NCBI GenBank assembly: GCA_945861515.1
Contig: CAMAVA010000001.1
Location: forward strand, 20,749-84,748
DNA: 64,000 nucleotides
Source: Brevundimonas vancanneytii
GTDB lineage: Bacteria; Pseudomonadota; Alphaproteobacteria; Caulobacterales; Caulobacteraceae
Direction: 5' to 3'
The notes below the pieces were generated by a model, which ran no database searches, was not told where the DNA came from, and saw nothing but the letters and a program-made list of their open reading frames with translations. Position numbers and translations under genes: made by a program. Below are positions 9,759 through 19,560 of the stretch, one piece after another; position 1 is the stretch's first letter, and every line of letters begins with the position of its first letter.

Positions 9759-11645
9759 TCAGCCTGCCACGGCTTCGAGCGCCTCTGCCGCAGCCATCCA
9801 TGCAGCCTCGGCGTCATCGACCTGCGACTGGGCCCGTTCGCGGCGCTTGGCCAGGTCTGAGGCGGCCGTCGGTTCCCGGACATAGATGTTCGGATCCGCC
9901 AGTTTGGCGTCGATCTCTGCCAGGGTTCTGGTCGCCCGGGCGAGCGTGTCTTCGGCGGCAGACAGTTTGCGCCGCAGCGGTCCCGCGGCCGCTACCGGAT
10001 CACGGCCGGTCGCGATGGGCGCCTTGTTGTTGACTGCGGGCTTGTCGGCTTCGCGCACCTGGGTGGGCGCCCGGGCGGCGACCCTTGCGCGATCCAGAAC
10101 AAATTTGGCGTAGTCGTCCATATCGCCGTCGAAGGGCTTTACCCCGCCATCGGCCGCCAGCCAGAGCTGGTCGGCGACCAGTTCCATCAACGACCGGTCG
10201 TGGGTGATCAGGATGACGGCGCCTTCATAGTCATTCAGGGCGTCCAGCAGGGCGCGGCGGCTGTCGATATCCAGGTGGTTGGTTGGTTCGTCGAGGATGA
10301 GCAGGTGAGGGGCCTCCATGGCCACGAGATTGAGCAGCAACCTTGCCCGTTCTCCCCCCGACAGCTTGGCGACGGTGGTTTCCGCCTTTTCATAGCCCAG
10401 ACCAAACTGCGCCAGCTTCGATCGGCGCTGGGCCTCGCTGGAGTCGGGCATGCCGCGCCGGATGATCTCCAGCGGCGTGTCGTCGGGATCCAGGGCCTCG
10501 ATCTGATGCTGATGAAACCAGCCGACCTTGATCCGGCGGTCGCGATGCAGGTGGCCACCCTGGATATCCAGCGCCCCGGCGATCATCTTGGCGAAGGTCG
10601 ACTTGCCGGCCCCGTTGACCCCAAGAAGGCCGATACGGTCATCGATATCCAGCCGCAGGTTCAGGTTTCGGAGGATAGGTGCGCCGCCATAACCCACCGT
10701 CGCCTGTTCCAGGCGAACCAGCGGGGGCGCCAGGGGGCGAGCCGGGGACGGGATCGTGAAGGGCGCTGTGCGCTCTTCCAGGGTCATGGTCACCGGCGGC
10801 AGCTTGGCCAGCATCTTCAATCGGGACTGGGCCTGGGTCGCCTTCGAGGCTGTCGCCCGGAACCGATCGACAAAGGCCTGCATATGGGCGCGCTTGGCTT
10901 CGATCTTGCCGCGCATGGCCTCGGCCAGTCTGGCCTTTTCGGCGCGCTGGTCCTCGAAACTGTCATAGCCGCCTGTATAGAGGTCCAGCTTGCCGTCGCG
11001 AACATGCAGGATGTAACCCACGGAATTATTGAGAAGTTCCCGGTCGTGGCTGATGATCAGCGCCGTATGGGGATACTTCTTCAGGCGGGCTTCGAGCCAC
11101 AGCGCGCCTTCCAGGTCGAGATAGTTGGTCGGCTCATCCAGCAGCAGCAGGTCGGGCTCGGAAAACAGCGCCGCCGCCAGAGCGACCCTCATTCGCCAGC
11201 CACCCGAAAACTCCGACATGGGCCGCGAAAGGTCTTCATTTGAAAAACCGAGGCCGGACAGGATTTCAGACGCCCGCGACGGGGCGGAGTCGGCGTCGAT
11301 CTCGATCAGTCGGGCCCAGATATCGCCCATATCCTCGGGGTCGGCCGTCTCCAGGCCGGACAGCAGCCTGTGGCGCTCTTCGTCGGCCTCGAGAACGGTA
11401 TCGAGAAGGGTCACCGGCGTGGCTGGATGTTCCTGGTCGACCGAGCCGATCCGGGCCGATTTCGGCAGCTTGATCTCGCCGTCGCCGGCGCCAAGTTCGC
11501 CCAGTATCAGCTTGAAGAGTGTCGACTTGCCGACTCCGTTCCGACCAACCAGTCCGACCTTGGCTCCGATGGGCAGCGAAACGCTGGCCTTGTCGAAGAA
11601 GCGACGTCCCCAGGCATTGAAGGTCAGGTCATTGATCTGGAGCAT
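9759..11645 (-). CDS. ABC-F family ATP-binding protein (YheS-like)
   Basis: Two Walker A motifs (GRNGVGKST, GVNGAGKST), FSGGWRMR, LLDEPTN; no TM segments. Confidence 0.93.
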   Translation of the reverse strand: MLQINDLTFNAWGRRFFDKASVSLPIGAKVGLVGRNGVGKSTLFKLILGELGAGDGEIKLPKSARIGSVDQEHPATPVTLLDTVLEADEERHRLLSGLETADPEDMGDIWARLIEIDADSAPSRASEILSGLGFSNEDLSRPMSEFSGGWRMRVALAAALFSEPDLLLLDEPTNYLDLEGALWLEARLKKYPHTALIISHDRELLNNSVGYILHVRDGKLDLYTGGYDSFEDQRAEKARLAEAMRGKIEAKRAHMQAFVDRFRATASKATQAQSRLKMLAKLPPVTMTLEERTAPFTIPSPARPLAPPLVRLEQATVGYGGAPILRNLNLRLDIDDRIGLLGVNGAGKSTFAKMIAGALDIQGGHLHRDRRIKVGWFHQHQIEALDPDDTPLEIIRRGMPDSSEAQRRSKLAQFGLGYEKAETTVAKLSGGERARLLLNLVAMEAPHLLILDEPTNHLDIDSRRALLDALNDYEGAVILITHDRSLMELVADQLWLAADGGVKPFDGDMDDYAKFVLDRARVAARAPTQVREADKPAVNNKAPIATGRDPVAAAGPLRRKLSAAEDTLARATRTLAEIDAKLADPNIYVREPTAASDLAKRRERAQSQVDDAEAAWMAAAEALEAVAG

Positions 11646-11985
11646 GGAGGGTAAATGACTTTGCAACTGGCCATAGGAACATGACCAGGCATGAAACGGG
11701 ACCATGTCGCGGCCGGGCAGGGCTCGTCATAGCGGCGACCGGGTTCGAGGCCAAGGGTCTGGACCCGTTGGCCAAGGTCAAATCAAGGCCGGGAGTGCAG
11801 CGTTGCGATCGCGAAGGCCCGAGGCCGACGACGGTCCCGGCAGCCGATCTCCACCGTCTCGACCCAGTCTTGCGGCTCAGCCTTGCCAAAGGTCGTTGAA
11901 CACGGCTTGGCGGGGCGATGGGCCGCCGCTATAAGCCCGCGACCTCCCCAAAACGCGCTTCAATCGCAAGACTGAAAGACTTTCC

Positions 11986-12405
11986 ATGACCGAACGCACC
12001 TTTTCCATCATCAAGCCGGACGCCACCGAAAAGAACCTGACCGGCGCCGTCAATGCCGTCATCGAAGCGGCCGGCCTGCGGATCGTCGCCCAGAAGCGCA
12101 TCAAGCTGAGCCAGGCCCAGGCTGAAAAGTTCTACGAGATCCACAACCAACGCCCGTTCTTTGGCGAACTGGTGGAGTTCATGACCCGTGCGCCGGTTGT
12201 GGTTCAGGTGCTGGAAGGCGAAAATGCCGTCGCCCGCTACCGTGAAGTCATGGGCGCTACCAACCCGGCCCAGGCTGCGGAAGGCACCATCCGCAAGCTC
12301 TATGCTGACTCCGTTGGCGAAAACTCCGTCCACGGCTCCGACAGCCTGGAGAACGCCGCGATCGAGATCGTGCAGTTCTTCACCGAGGCCGAAATCGTAG
12401 GCTAA
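11986..12405 (+). CDS. ndk: Nucleoside diphosphate kinase
   Basis: [19 protein letters not shown]. Confidence 0.98.
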   Translation: MTERTFSIIKPDATEKNLTGAVNAVIEAAGLRIVAQKRIKLSQAQAEKFYEIHNQRPFFGELVEFMTRAPVVVQVLEGENAVARYREVMGATNPAQAAEGTIRKLYADSVGENSVHGSDSLENAAIEIVQFFTEAEIVG

Positions 12406-12433
12406 GGAACCCGCCTTCAGGGCGATCGATCAG

Positions 12434-12467
12434 GCCGGCGGATCCTGCGGGGTCCGCCGGCTTTTTT
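12434..12467 (+). terminator. Rho-independent terminator after ndk
   Basis: GCCGGCGGATCC-TGCG-GGGTCCGCCGGC followed by T6. Confidence 0.85.
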
Positions 12468-12474
12468 GTGAGAT

Positions 12475-13071
12475 TCAGTCCGGGATCGAGCGAACGAAGT
12501 CCGCAAGGCACTGCGGATAGAGCTGGTGTTCCGCCGCCAGCACCCGGGCTGCCAGAGAGGCCACGGTATCATTCGGCAAGATCGCGACCCGGGATTGACC
12601 CAGGACCGGCCCGGCGTCGAGGCCGGTCGTCACCAGATGCACCGAACAGCCGGCCTCACGGTCTCCCGCCTCAATGGCTCTGCGATGGGTCTCCAGACCC
12701 GGATAGTTCGGCAATAGAGATGGATGAATGTTGATCATCCTGCCGCTCCAGGCCTCGACCAGGAATGGCGTCAGAATCCTCATATAGCCTGCCAGGGCGA
12801 TGGCCTGGCAGCCTGCGGATCGAAGGGCTGCATCCATGGCCCGTTCATGGTCTTTGCGATCCATTCCGAAGTCGGCATGGTCGATGATCGAGACCTTCAA
12901 CCCCAGGGCTTCGGCGACCGCCAAGCCTGCGGCCCCCGGCCGGTTGGAAATCACCAGGGAGACATCATAGGGACAGTCCGCCTCGCGGGACCTGCGGACC
13001 AGGGCCTCCATGTTGGAGCCCTGACCGGAAATCAGGACCCCGACCCGGATGCGAGCCGGCCGCCCGGTCAT
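12475..13071 (-). CDS. purN: Phosphoribosylglycinamide formyltransferase
   Basis: [28 protein letters not shown]; ATGA overlap with purM. Confidence 0.96.
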   Translation of the reverse strand: MTGRPARIRVGVLISGQGSNMEALVRRSREADCPYDVSLVISNRPGAAGLAVAEALGLKVSIIDHADFGMDRKDHERAMDAALRSAGCQAIALAGYMRILTPFLVEAWSGRMINIHPSLLPNYPGLETHRRAIEAGDREAGCSVHLVTTGLDAGPVLGQSRVAILPNDTVASLAARVLAAEHQLYPQCLADFVRSIPD

Positions 13072-14090
13072 GCCCGTTCGAGTTCGCCGCAGACAAAGGC
13101 GTCTTCGCCGGCGTCCAGCAGGGCCATCAGGACTTCCGGAGCCTGATCGCGGCCGACGATCACCAGGAAACCGATCCCGCAATTGAACGTCCGGCGCAGC
13201 TCGTGTTCGTCCAGCCCGCCTTCCCTCTGCAGCCAATCAAAGACTGGAGGAAGCGGCCAGGCGTTCCAGTCGAAGCGGGGCGCGAGCCCCTTGGCAATGG
13301 CACGGGGCGGGTTTTCGATCAGCCCACCGCCGGTGATATGGGCGCCGCCCTTGATCAGACCGGCCTTGATCAGAGGCAGCAGGCTTTTGACGTAGATCCG
13401 GGTCGGGGCCATCAGAGCCTCGGCCAGCGTGCCGTCGGAGAAGGGGCAGGGCGCGTCCCAGGCAAGGCCCGAGCGTTCGACAACCTTTCGAACCAGAGAA
13501 TAGCCGTTGGAGTGCGGGCCGCTTGACCCGAGACCGATCAGGACGTCGCCGGGTCTTTGAAGGTCCAGTTTAGGCAACACCCCGTCGCGATTGACCGCCC
13601 CCACCGTAAAGCCTGCCAGGTCATAGTCCCCCTGGCTGTACATGCCCGGCATTTCCGCGGTTTCGCCGCCGACCAGGGCGCAGCCGGCCAGCTTGCAGCC
13701 CTCCGCGATCCCGGAGACGACGCTGGTCGCCGTGGTCACATCCAGTTTGCCGGTGGCGTAATAGTCGAGAAACAGCAGCGGTTCAGCGCCCTGGGCCAGC
13801 AGGTCATTGACGCACATCGCCACCAGGTCGATTCCGACCGTGCCATGCAGTCCGGTCTCGATCGCAATCTTCAGCTTGGTGCCGACGCCATCGGTGGTGC
13901 TGACCAGCAGGGGGTCTTCATAGCCAGCCGCCTTCAGGTCGAACAGGGCGCCAAACCCGCCGAGACCGGCCTCTGCGCCGGGCCGCCGCGTGGCCCTGGC
14001 CAGGGGCTTGATGGCCTCCACCAGGGCATTGCCGGCATCGATGTCCACGCCGGCCCCGGCGTAGGTGAGGCCGTTTCGGCTGTCTGTCAT
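13068..14090 (-). CDS. purM: Phosphoribosylformylglycinamidine cyclo-ligase
   Basis: [35 protein letters not shown]. Confidence 0.98.
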   Translation of the reverse strand: MTDSRNGLTYAGAGVDIDAGNALVEAIKPLARATRRPGAEAGLGGFGALFDLKAAGYEDPLLVSTTDGVGTKLKIAIETGLHGTVGIDLVAMCVNDLLAQGAEPLLFLDYYATGKLDVTTATSVVSGIAEGCKLAGCALVGGETAEMPGMYSQGDYDLAGFTVGAVNRDGVLPKLDLQRPGDVLIGLGSSGPHSNGYSLVRKVVERSGLAWDAPCPFSDGTLAEALMAPTRIYVKSLLPLIKAGLIKGGAHITGGGLIENPPRAIAKGLAPRFDWNAWPLPPVFDWLQREGGLDEHELRRTFNCGIGFLVIVGRDQAPEVLMALLDAGEDAFVCGELERA

Positions 14091-14145
14091 GGCGCTTTCC
14101 GGGCAACGTAGGGGCAGGAATTGAACGGCGCGCGCGTCTCAAGAC

Positions 14146-14176
14146 TTGCAGACTCGCCCGCGCGCGGGGCTATAGC
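14146..14176 (+). promoter_or_regulatory. Putative sigma70-type promoter of rnd
   Basis: TTGCAG (14146) ... GCTATAGC, with the -10 ending 6 nt before the ATG. Confidence 0.5.
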
Positions 14177-14182
14177 TACCCG

Positions 14183-15358
14183 ATGACGCCTATTTCAACT
14201 ACCGCCGAACTGGCGGCGTTCTGCAATCAGCTCAAAGGCCAGCCTTTCGTCGCCGTGGACACCGAGTTCATGCGGGAGACGACCTACTGGCCGATGCTGT
14301 GCCTGATCCAGGCCGCTGCTCCCAACGGGGCTGAAGCCTGTATCGATCCGATGGCCGATGGCATGGACCTTTCGCCCTTCCTGGACGTCCTGCGGGATGA
14401 ATCCATCCAGAAGGTCTTTCATGCAGCCCGGCAGGACGTCGAGATCTTCAATAATCTCGGCGCCATGCCAAAGCCCCTGTTCGACACCCAGATCGCCGGC
14501 ATGGCCGCAGGGTTTGGCGAGCAGATCGCGTATGACGCCCTGGTCCGCCAGATGCTGAAGATCGAACTGGACAAGTCCAGCCGCTTCACCGACTGGGCCA
14601 GACGCCCTCTGAGCGAAAACCAGCTGACCTATGCCATTGCCGATGTCACTCATCTGGCGAGGCTCTATCCGGTCCTCCGGGCCAGCCTGGAAAAGGCTGG
14701 TCGCCTGGCCTGGGTCGAGGAAGAGATGGAGGCGCTGGTTTCGCCTGACCTCTATGACGTCAATCCGGAAAATGCCTGGAAGCGCCTCCGCCCCCGCAAG
14801 CACGCGGCGAAATACCTTGCCGTGTTCAAGGCTGTCGCCGCCTGGCGTGAACGCACGGCCCAGACACGGGACCAGCCGAGGGGGCGGATTCTCAAGGACG
14901 ACGCGATCGACGAACTGGCCAGCCAGGCGCCCACGGACACGGCAGGGCTGGACCGGCTGCGGGGGGTGCCCAAGGGATTTTCCGGTTCGCGGTTTGGTCC
15001 CGACCTGCTGGAAGCTATTCGCGAAGCCCTGAAGAATCCGGAAGCCTATGCGCCCACGATCGAACGGGACCGTACGGCCAGCAACCCTGCGGCGGGCGCC
15101 GTGGTCGAGCTGTTGAAGGTCCTGCTCAAGGCAAGGTCGGAGGACGCCGGTGTGGCGTCCAAGCTGATCGCCACGGTCTCCGATCTCGAAAAGATCGCCA
15201 ATGATGACCATGCCGATGTCGGCGCCCTTACAGGCTGGCGCAAGGATGCGTTCGGGGCCGACGCGTTGAAGCTGAAGCGCGGCGAGCTGGCCCTGGTGCT
15301 GGACGGAGCGCGCGTGCGGGTGGTCGAGGTTCGTCGGGCGCCGAAGGCCGCCGACTAG
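14183..15358 (+). CDS. rnd: Ribonuclease D
   Basis: AVDTEFMRETTY, VFHAARQD, FDTQIA, FTDWARRPL, HRDC domain. Confidence 0.96.
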   Translation: MTPISTTAELAAFCNQLKGQPFVAVDTEFMRETTYWPMLCLIQAAAPNGAEACIDPMADGMDLSPFLDVLRDESIQKVFHAARQDVEIFNNLGAMPKPLFDTQIAGMAAGFGEQIAYDALVRQMLKIELDKSSRFTDWARRPLSENQLTYAIADVTHLARLYPVLRASLEKAGRLAWVEEEMEALVSPDLYDVNPENAWKRLRPRKHAAKYLAVFKAVAAWRERTAQTRDQPRGRILKDDAIDELASQAPTDTAGLDRLRGVPKGFSGSRFGPDLLEAIREALKNPEAYAPTIERDRTASNPAAGAVVELLKVLLKARSEDAGVASKLIATVSDLEKIANDDHADVGALTGWRKDAFGADALKLKRGELALVLDGARVRVVEVRRAPKAAD

Positions 15359-15392
15359 CGGGCCCGCGGCTGTGCCGCACGAAGGGGGAGCC

Positions 15393-16475
15393 ATGTCCGA
15401 TGTGATCGCGCCGGGCGAAACAGTTCTGGCGGAAGTCTGCCTGCCCTGCGCCGAGCTTTCGCCGGCGCTGGAGTTCTATGTCGGCCGGTTGGGTTTCCGG
15501 GTGGAGACCATCTTTCCCGCCGAGGAACCCGCCGTCGCCCTGCTGTCCGGGCACGGCCTGCGTCTGCGGCTGGCGCCGGGGGAGGGGGCCCCTGGTCATC
15601 TTCGCCTGCGAATGGCAGGCCACAGTTCCCATCCTGAGCGCCTCGTCGCCCCCAACGGGACCTTGGTGGACCTGGCGCCCCTGGTTGCGCCGATGGACAT
15701 GCCGCCGCTTGAGCCGGGTTTTGTGCTCACGCGCCAGCAGGACGGCCCCGAACATGGCGAAGGCCGGGCCGGAATGCTCTATCGCGATCTCATTCCGGGA
15801 CGTCTCGGCGGACGATTCATCGCCTCTCACATCGCCATTCCCAAGGGCGGACCGGTTGCTGACTGGGTGCACTATCACCGCATCCGGTTTCAGATGATCT
15901 TTGTCCGCAAGGGCTGGGTTCGGGTCGTCTATGAAGATCAGGGCGAGCCGTTTGTGATGCAGGCGGGCGATTGCGTGCTGCAACCCCCGCAGATTCGTCA
16001 TCGTGTCCTGGAAAGTTCGGACGGACTGGAAGTGATCGAGGTGGGGTGTCCCGCCCTCCACGAAACGATCGCGGACCACGATCTGCTGCTTCCTACGGGC
16101 ATCCTGGCGCCTGACCGTGATTTCGGCGGCCAGCGCTTCATGCGCCACCGGGCGGCCGAGACGCCGTGGGTCGCCCATGGCGATTCCGGCTTCCTGCGCC
16201 AGGACACGGCCATGCGTCAGGCCACGGGCGGCCTGGCCGAAGTCATGGTTCTGAAATCCGGCGGCGCCCCGCGCCTGGACGTCGCAGCCCACCAGGGCGA
16301 ACTGCTCTTCATGACCCTTCTGGAGGGTTCGGCCAGGCTGGACCATGCAGGCCAGCACGACCTTCGCGCCTGCGACGCCTTCGTGATTCCGGCCGGTCAG
16401 GATTGGGCCCTGGAGCAGGCCTCTTCGGACCTCGCGCTTCTTCAGGTTTCGCTGCCCGGACCGGCTGACAATTGA
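15393..16475 (+). CDS. VOC/glyoxalase-like domain fused to cupin domains
   Basis: GGGGAG SD then ATG at 15393; ALEFYVGRLGFRVETIFP (VOC-like), DWVHYH...QMIFVRKGW...GDCVLQPPQIRHRV (cupin), second degenerate cupin. Confidence 0.8.
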   Translation: MSDVIAPGETVLAEVCLPCAELSPALEFYVGRLGFRVETIFPAEEPAVALLSGHGLRLRLAPGEGAPGHLRLRMAGHSSHPERLVAPNGTLVDLAPLVAPMDMPPLEPGFVLTRQQDGPEHGEGRAGMLYRDLIPGRLGGRFIASHIAIPKGGPVADWVHYHRIRFQMIFVRKGWVRVVYEDQGEPFVMQAGDCVLQPPQIRHRVLESSDGLEVIEVGCPALHETIADHDLLLPTGILAPDRDFGGQRFMRHRAAETPWVAHGDSGFLRQDTAMRQATGGLAEVMVLKSGGAPRLDVAAHQGELLFMTLLEGSARLDHAGQHDLRACDAFVIPAGQDWALEQASSDLALLQVSLPGPADN

Positions 16476-16495
16476 CCCTGCTTCAAGGAATGACC

Positions 16496-17899
16496 ATGCG
16501 CCGATACATCGCCCTCCTTGCCGGCGCCGTCCTCGGGTTGATTGCAGCCGGTGCTCCTGCGGCCCCCTCCCAGGCCGCAACGGACGTGACCTGGTCCGGG
16601 CCTGACTTCACCATCGAGCATGTCACCGTGATCGACGGGACGGGCGCGGCGCCCCAACCCGACATGACCGTGGTTGTTTCGGGCGGCCGGATTGTCAGAC
16701 TGACGCCCAGCAAGGCCGCTGGCCCGGTTCGGGGGCGCCGGCTGGATGGCCGCGGCCGCTTTCTGATTCCCGGCCTGATCGACGCCCACATCCACCTGCG
16801 CGGGGCGACGCCTGCTAAATCGCCAGCCGAAGGCTTTGTGATCGATCACGTCGCGGCGCACCAGGCCCTGGCCAGCTATCTCTATGCGGGCGTGACCAGC
16901 GTCGTCGATCTTGGCAACCAGCCGGAACTTGTCCTCAAGGCCCGGGCCGAAGAGCGGGCAGGGCGCATTCTGTCGCCAAGGATTTTCGCGACGGGCAACC
17001 TGATCACCTATCCGGGTAGCCATGGCGATGGCATGGCCATCAGGATCACCGATTTCGAGCGGGATCGGGCCCTCTTGGACCGCCATATCGCCGACCAGGC
17101 GCCGGACATCGTCAAGCTTACCTATGAAGAAAGAGGCTGGGGCGCCCGGCCGATGATTACGCTGTTGCCGCCAGACCTGATGGCCAGGACTCTGCAGTAC
17201 TACAATCTTTACGGCATCCGGACGACCGTGCATGTATCCAGTGAACGGCGAGCCCTCGAGGCTGTGGCGGCGGGAGCTGACACCCTGGCCCATCCCGTCA
17301 TACAGGGGCCGGTCAGTGAGTCCTTTGTCCGGCTGATGGCCGCCCGCAAGACTCCCTTTGTGACGACCCTGACGATTGGCGAGAACTACAGTCGACTGGT
17401 CGAGCATCCGGAATATCTCGATGAACCCCTCTATGTGGCGTCTTTCAGCCCGGCCGAGCGCCAGTCCCTCAAAACGGAGACCCGGACTGCCTGGCAGACC
17501 CAGACCTGGACCTGGTGGATGAAGGTCATGACTCCCGTCTGTCAGGACAACATCGCAAAAATCGTCGCGGCGGGCGGTGTCGCTGTTCTGGGAACCGACC
17601 AGTCCAACGGCCCAGCGGTGCATCGCGAAATGGAGCTACTGGCCAGGGCCGGCATACCGCCGCTGCAGATCCTGAAGATCGCGACCCTCAACGGCGCCGT
17701 CTTCCTGGGCCGGGAACAGGACATGGGCAGCATCACCGTTGGAAAGCTGGCCGATATGGTGCTGCTGGACAGGGACCCGACCCTGGACATCGCCCATGCA
17801 AAGGCCATCACCTGGGTCATGAAGAACGGTGTGCTGGTGGATGAAGCGGAGCTGCCCATGGCCGGCGGCCCGCAGCAACGGCGCTGGACGGGCGACTAG
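16496..17899 (+). CDS. Exported amidohydrolase-family protein
   Basis: Signal peptide; IPGLIDAHIH, LGTD, ATLNGA, GSITVGKLADMVLL. Confidence 0.88.
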   Translation: MRRYIALLAGAVLGLIAAGAPAAPSQAATDVTWSGPDFTIEHVTVIDGTGAAPQPDMTVVVSGGRIVRLTPSKAAGPVRGRRLDGRGRFLIPGLIDAHIHLRGATPAKSPAEGFVIDHVAAHQALASYLYAGVTSVVDLGNQPELVLKARAEERAGRILSPRIFATGNLITYPGSHGDGMAIRITDFERDRALLDRHIADQAPDIVKLTYEERGWGARPMITLLPPDLMARTLQYYNLYGIRTTVHVSSERRALEAVAAGADTLAHPVIQGPVSESFVRLMAARKTPFVTTLTIGENYSRLVEHPEYLDEPLYVASFSPAERQSLKTETRTAWQTQTWTWWMKVMTPVCQDNIAKIVAAGGVAVLGTDQSNGPAVHREMELLARAGIPPLQILKIATLNGAVFLGREQDMGSITVGKLADMVLLDRDPTLDIAHAKAITWVMKNGVLVDEAELPMAGGPQQRRWTGD

Positions 17900-17900
17900 A

Positions 17901-18521
17901 TCAGGTCGCCCGGTTCGCCCCGGCCGCTGCCAGTCGATCTTTCAACAGAGCCAGGGCTACGTCCCGCGCCCGGGATTCCGGCTTGCCCAGCAAGGCGCTC
18001 AAGGTGGCGCCGAACAGGCCGACCCCCAGCGCAATGCTGATGCTCGCCAGCATGAAATCCTCCATGGCGTCGGCTGACACGCCATTGTCGAGGGGAGCGC
18101 GGACGGCAATGACTTCTCGAACCGCCTCGCGGACAAGGGTCAGGCGTCGCGACTCGCCGGTCAGTTCGAGCCAGGCGGCCAGTCGGGCGGCGCCCCGGGC
18201 TTCAAAGGCGTCGAACAGGGCCTCGATGCCGATCCCGGCCACCTGGGCCGGGTTTCGCGCCTCGGCGGTGGTTGCCAGGACCCTGGCGACCAGTTGCTGA
18301 ACCATCCTGGCCATCAGGGCGTTCTGGACCCCGTCGATAGAACCGAAATGATGCAGCACGCTGGCGTGCACGACGCCGGCGCCGCGGGCGACTTCCGCCA
18401 GCTTCAGATGTTGCGGGCCGCTTGCAACAAGGATCGCCTCGGCCGCTGCAAGGATGTTCTCGCGGGCTGCTTCCGGCGAGCGGCGGGTGCGCGGGGCAGT
18501 TCCCGAGGTTGATATTGACAT
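17901..18521 (-). CDS. TetR/AcrR family transcriptional regulator
   Basis: ARENILAAAEAIL...VARGAGVVHASVLHHFGS HTH. Confidence 0.92.
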   Translation of the reverse strand: MSISTSGTAPRTRRSPEAARENILAAAEAILVASGPQHLKLAEVARGAGVVHASVLHHFGSIDGVQNALMARMVQQLVARVLATTAEARNPAQVAGIGIEALFDAFEARGAARLAAWLELTGESRRLTLVREAVREVIAVRAPLDNGVSADAMEDFMLASISIALGVGLFGATLSALLGKPESRARDVALALLKDRLAAAGANRAT

Positions 18522-18529
18522 TTTTGTCA
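18516..18529. promoter_or_regulatory. Palindromic putative TetR operator TGACA-N4-TGTCA overlapping a TTGACA -35 and the TetR start codon
   Basis: Palindrome read directly in the divergent intergenic region. Confidence 0.6.
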
Positions 18530-18592
18530 GTAGCCATTATCTGAAAATCGAAGCGGTCTCGCTGATGAGACCCTGAGCCGAGGACCAAGACA

Positions 18593-19438
18593 ATGGCTGT
18601 CACCACGCCCCAGGATGTCGCCGTCACGCCACGGGACCTGCATTTCAGCATGGAGGGCGCCAGCGACCGCGCCTGGCTGGGCGGAGATCCGGTGGGAACA
18701 GCCGTCTTCAACGCCCTGTCCCTGACCTTTCCCGACGGCGAGCGGCTGTTCATGGACGCGGTTCGCAACTATCGCCCGAAGTTGTCCGGCAAGCTTCTGG
18801 CCGACGCCAATGCCTTCATCACCCAGGAAGCCATTCACTCTCGTGAGCATGTCGGCCTGAATGGTTCCCTGGATCGCAACCGCTATCCGGTCGCCGAGAT
18901 CGAGGACGAACTGAAGCGGCGGATGGTTATGGCCCGGGGCCGTGGTCCGATCGCCATGCTCAGCATCACCATCGCTCTGGAGCATTTTACGGCCATGATG
19001 GCCGATCGCTTCCTCGAAGACTCCGCAATCTTCGCCGGTGCGCCGGAAGACATGGTCCGGCTCTGGCAGTGGCATGCCATGGAAGAGACTGAACACAAGG
19101 GCGTCGCCTTTGATGTGTTCCGGGAGATCTCGAAGGACTGGAGTCCGCTGACCCGCTACCGGGTCCGCGCGCGGGTGATGCTGCTGGTCACCCTCATGTT
19201 CACGCGAAACATCACCCGCTTTGCGGCCAAGCTTCTCATTGCCGACGGCATGAAGCCCCTGACGGCCTATGCAAGAGTTCTCGGTTATCTGTTTGGTAAG
19301 CCAGGACTTTTCCGCAAGAGCTGGGGCGCCTATTTCGACTGGTTCCGTCCGAATTTCCATCCCTGGGACCACGACAACCGCGCAGTGCTCGAGGCCTGGC
19401 GGCAGGCCTTCACGCCGTCCCAACCGGTTGCTGCCTGA
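18593..19438 (+). CDS. 'Predicted metal-dependent hydrolase' family protein (ferritin-like ExxH motifs)
   Basis: SLTFPDGERLF, QEAIHSREH, LEHFTA, WHAMEETEHK, PNFHPW. Confidence 0.85.
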   Translation: MAVTTPQDVAVTPRDLHFSMEGASDRAWLGGDPVGTAVFNALSLTFPDGERLFMDAVRNYRPKLSGKLLADANAFITQEAIHSREHVGLNGSLDRNRYPVAEIEDELKRRMVMARGRGPIAMLSITIALEHFTAMMADRFLEDSAIFAGAPEDMVRLWQWHAMEETEHKGVAFDVFREISKDWSPLTRYRVRARVMLLVTLMFTRNITRFAAKLLIADGMKPLTAYARVLGYLFGKPGLFRKSWGAYFDWFRPNFHPWDHDNRAVLEAWRQAFTPSQPVAA

Positions 19439-19450
19439 GCTTTCTGGAAA

Positions 19451-19560
19451 CTGTTCCATTCTGATTGAACCAATTGGAACGGAAAAACGGGCTTAAAATC
19501 AAAGTGCTAGAGCGTTTTTCGACCCGATAATCGCGTCATGCTTGTCGGAAAATGCTCTAG
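19451..19560. repeat. Palindromic intergenic repeat (CIR-like), two modules
   Basis: CTAGAGCGTTTTTCGAC...GTCGGAAAATGCTCTAG terminal inverted repeat at 19507-19560, preceded by a GTTCCA...TGGAAC hairpin; related copy at 54948. Confidence 0.75.

Noticed and set aside
11646-11985. Short ORFs between the ABC-F gene and ndk
   Set aside because: No recognisable motif or SD; the region holds divergent promoters
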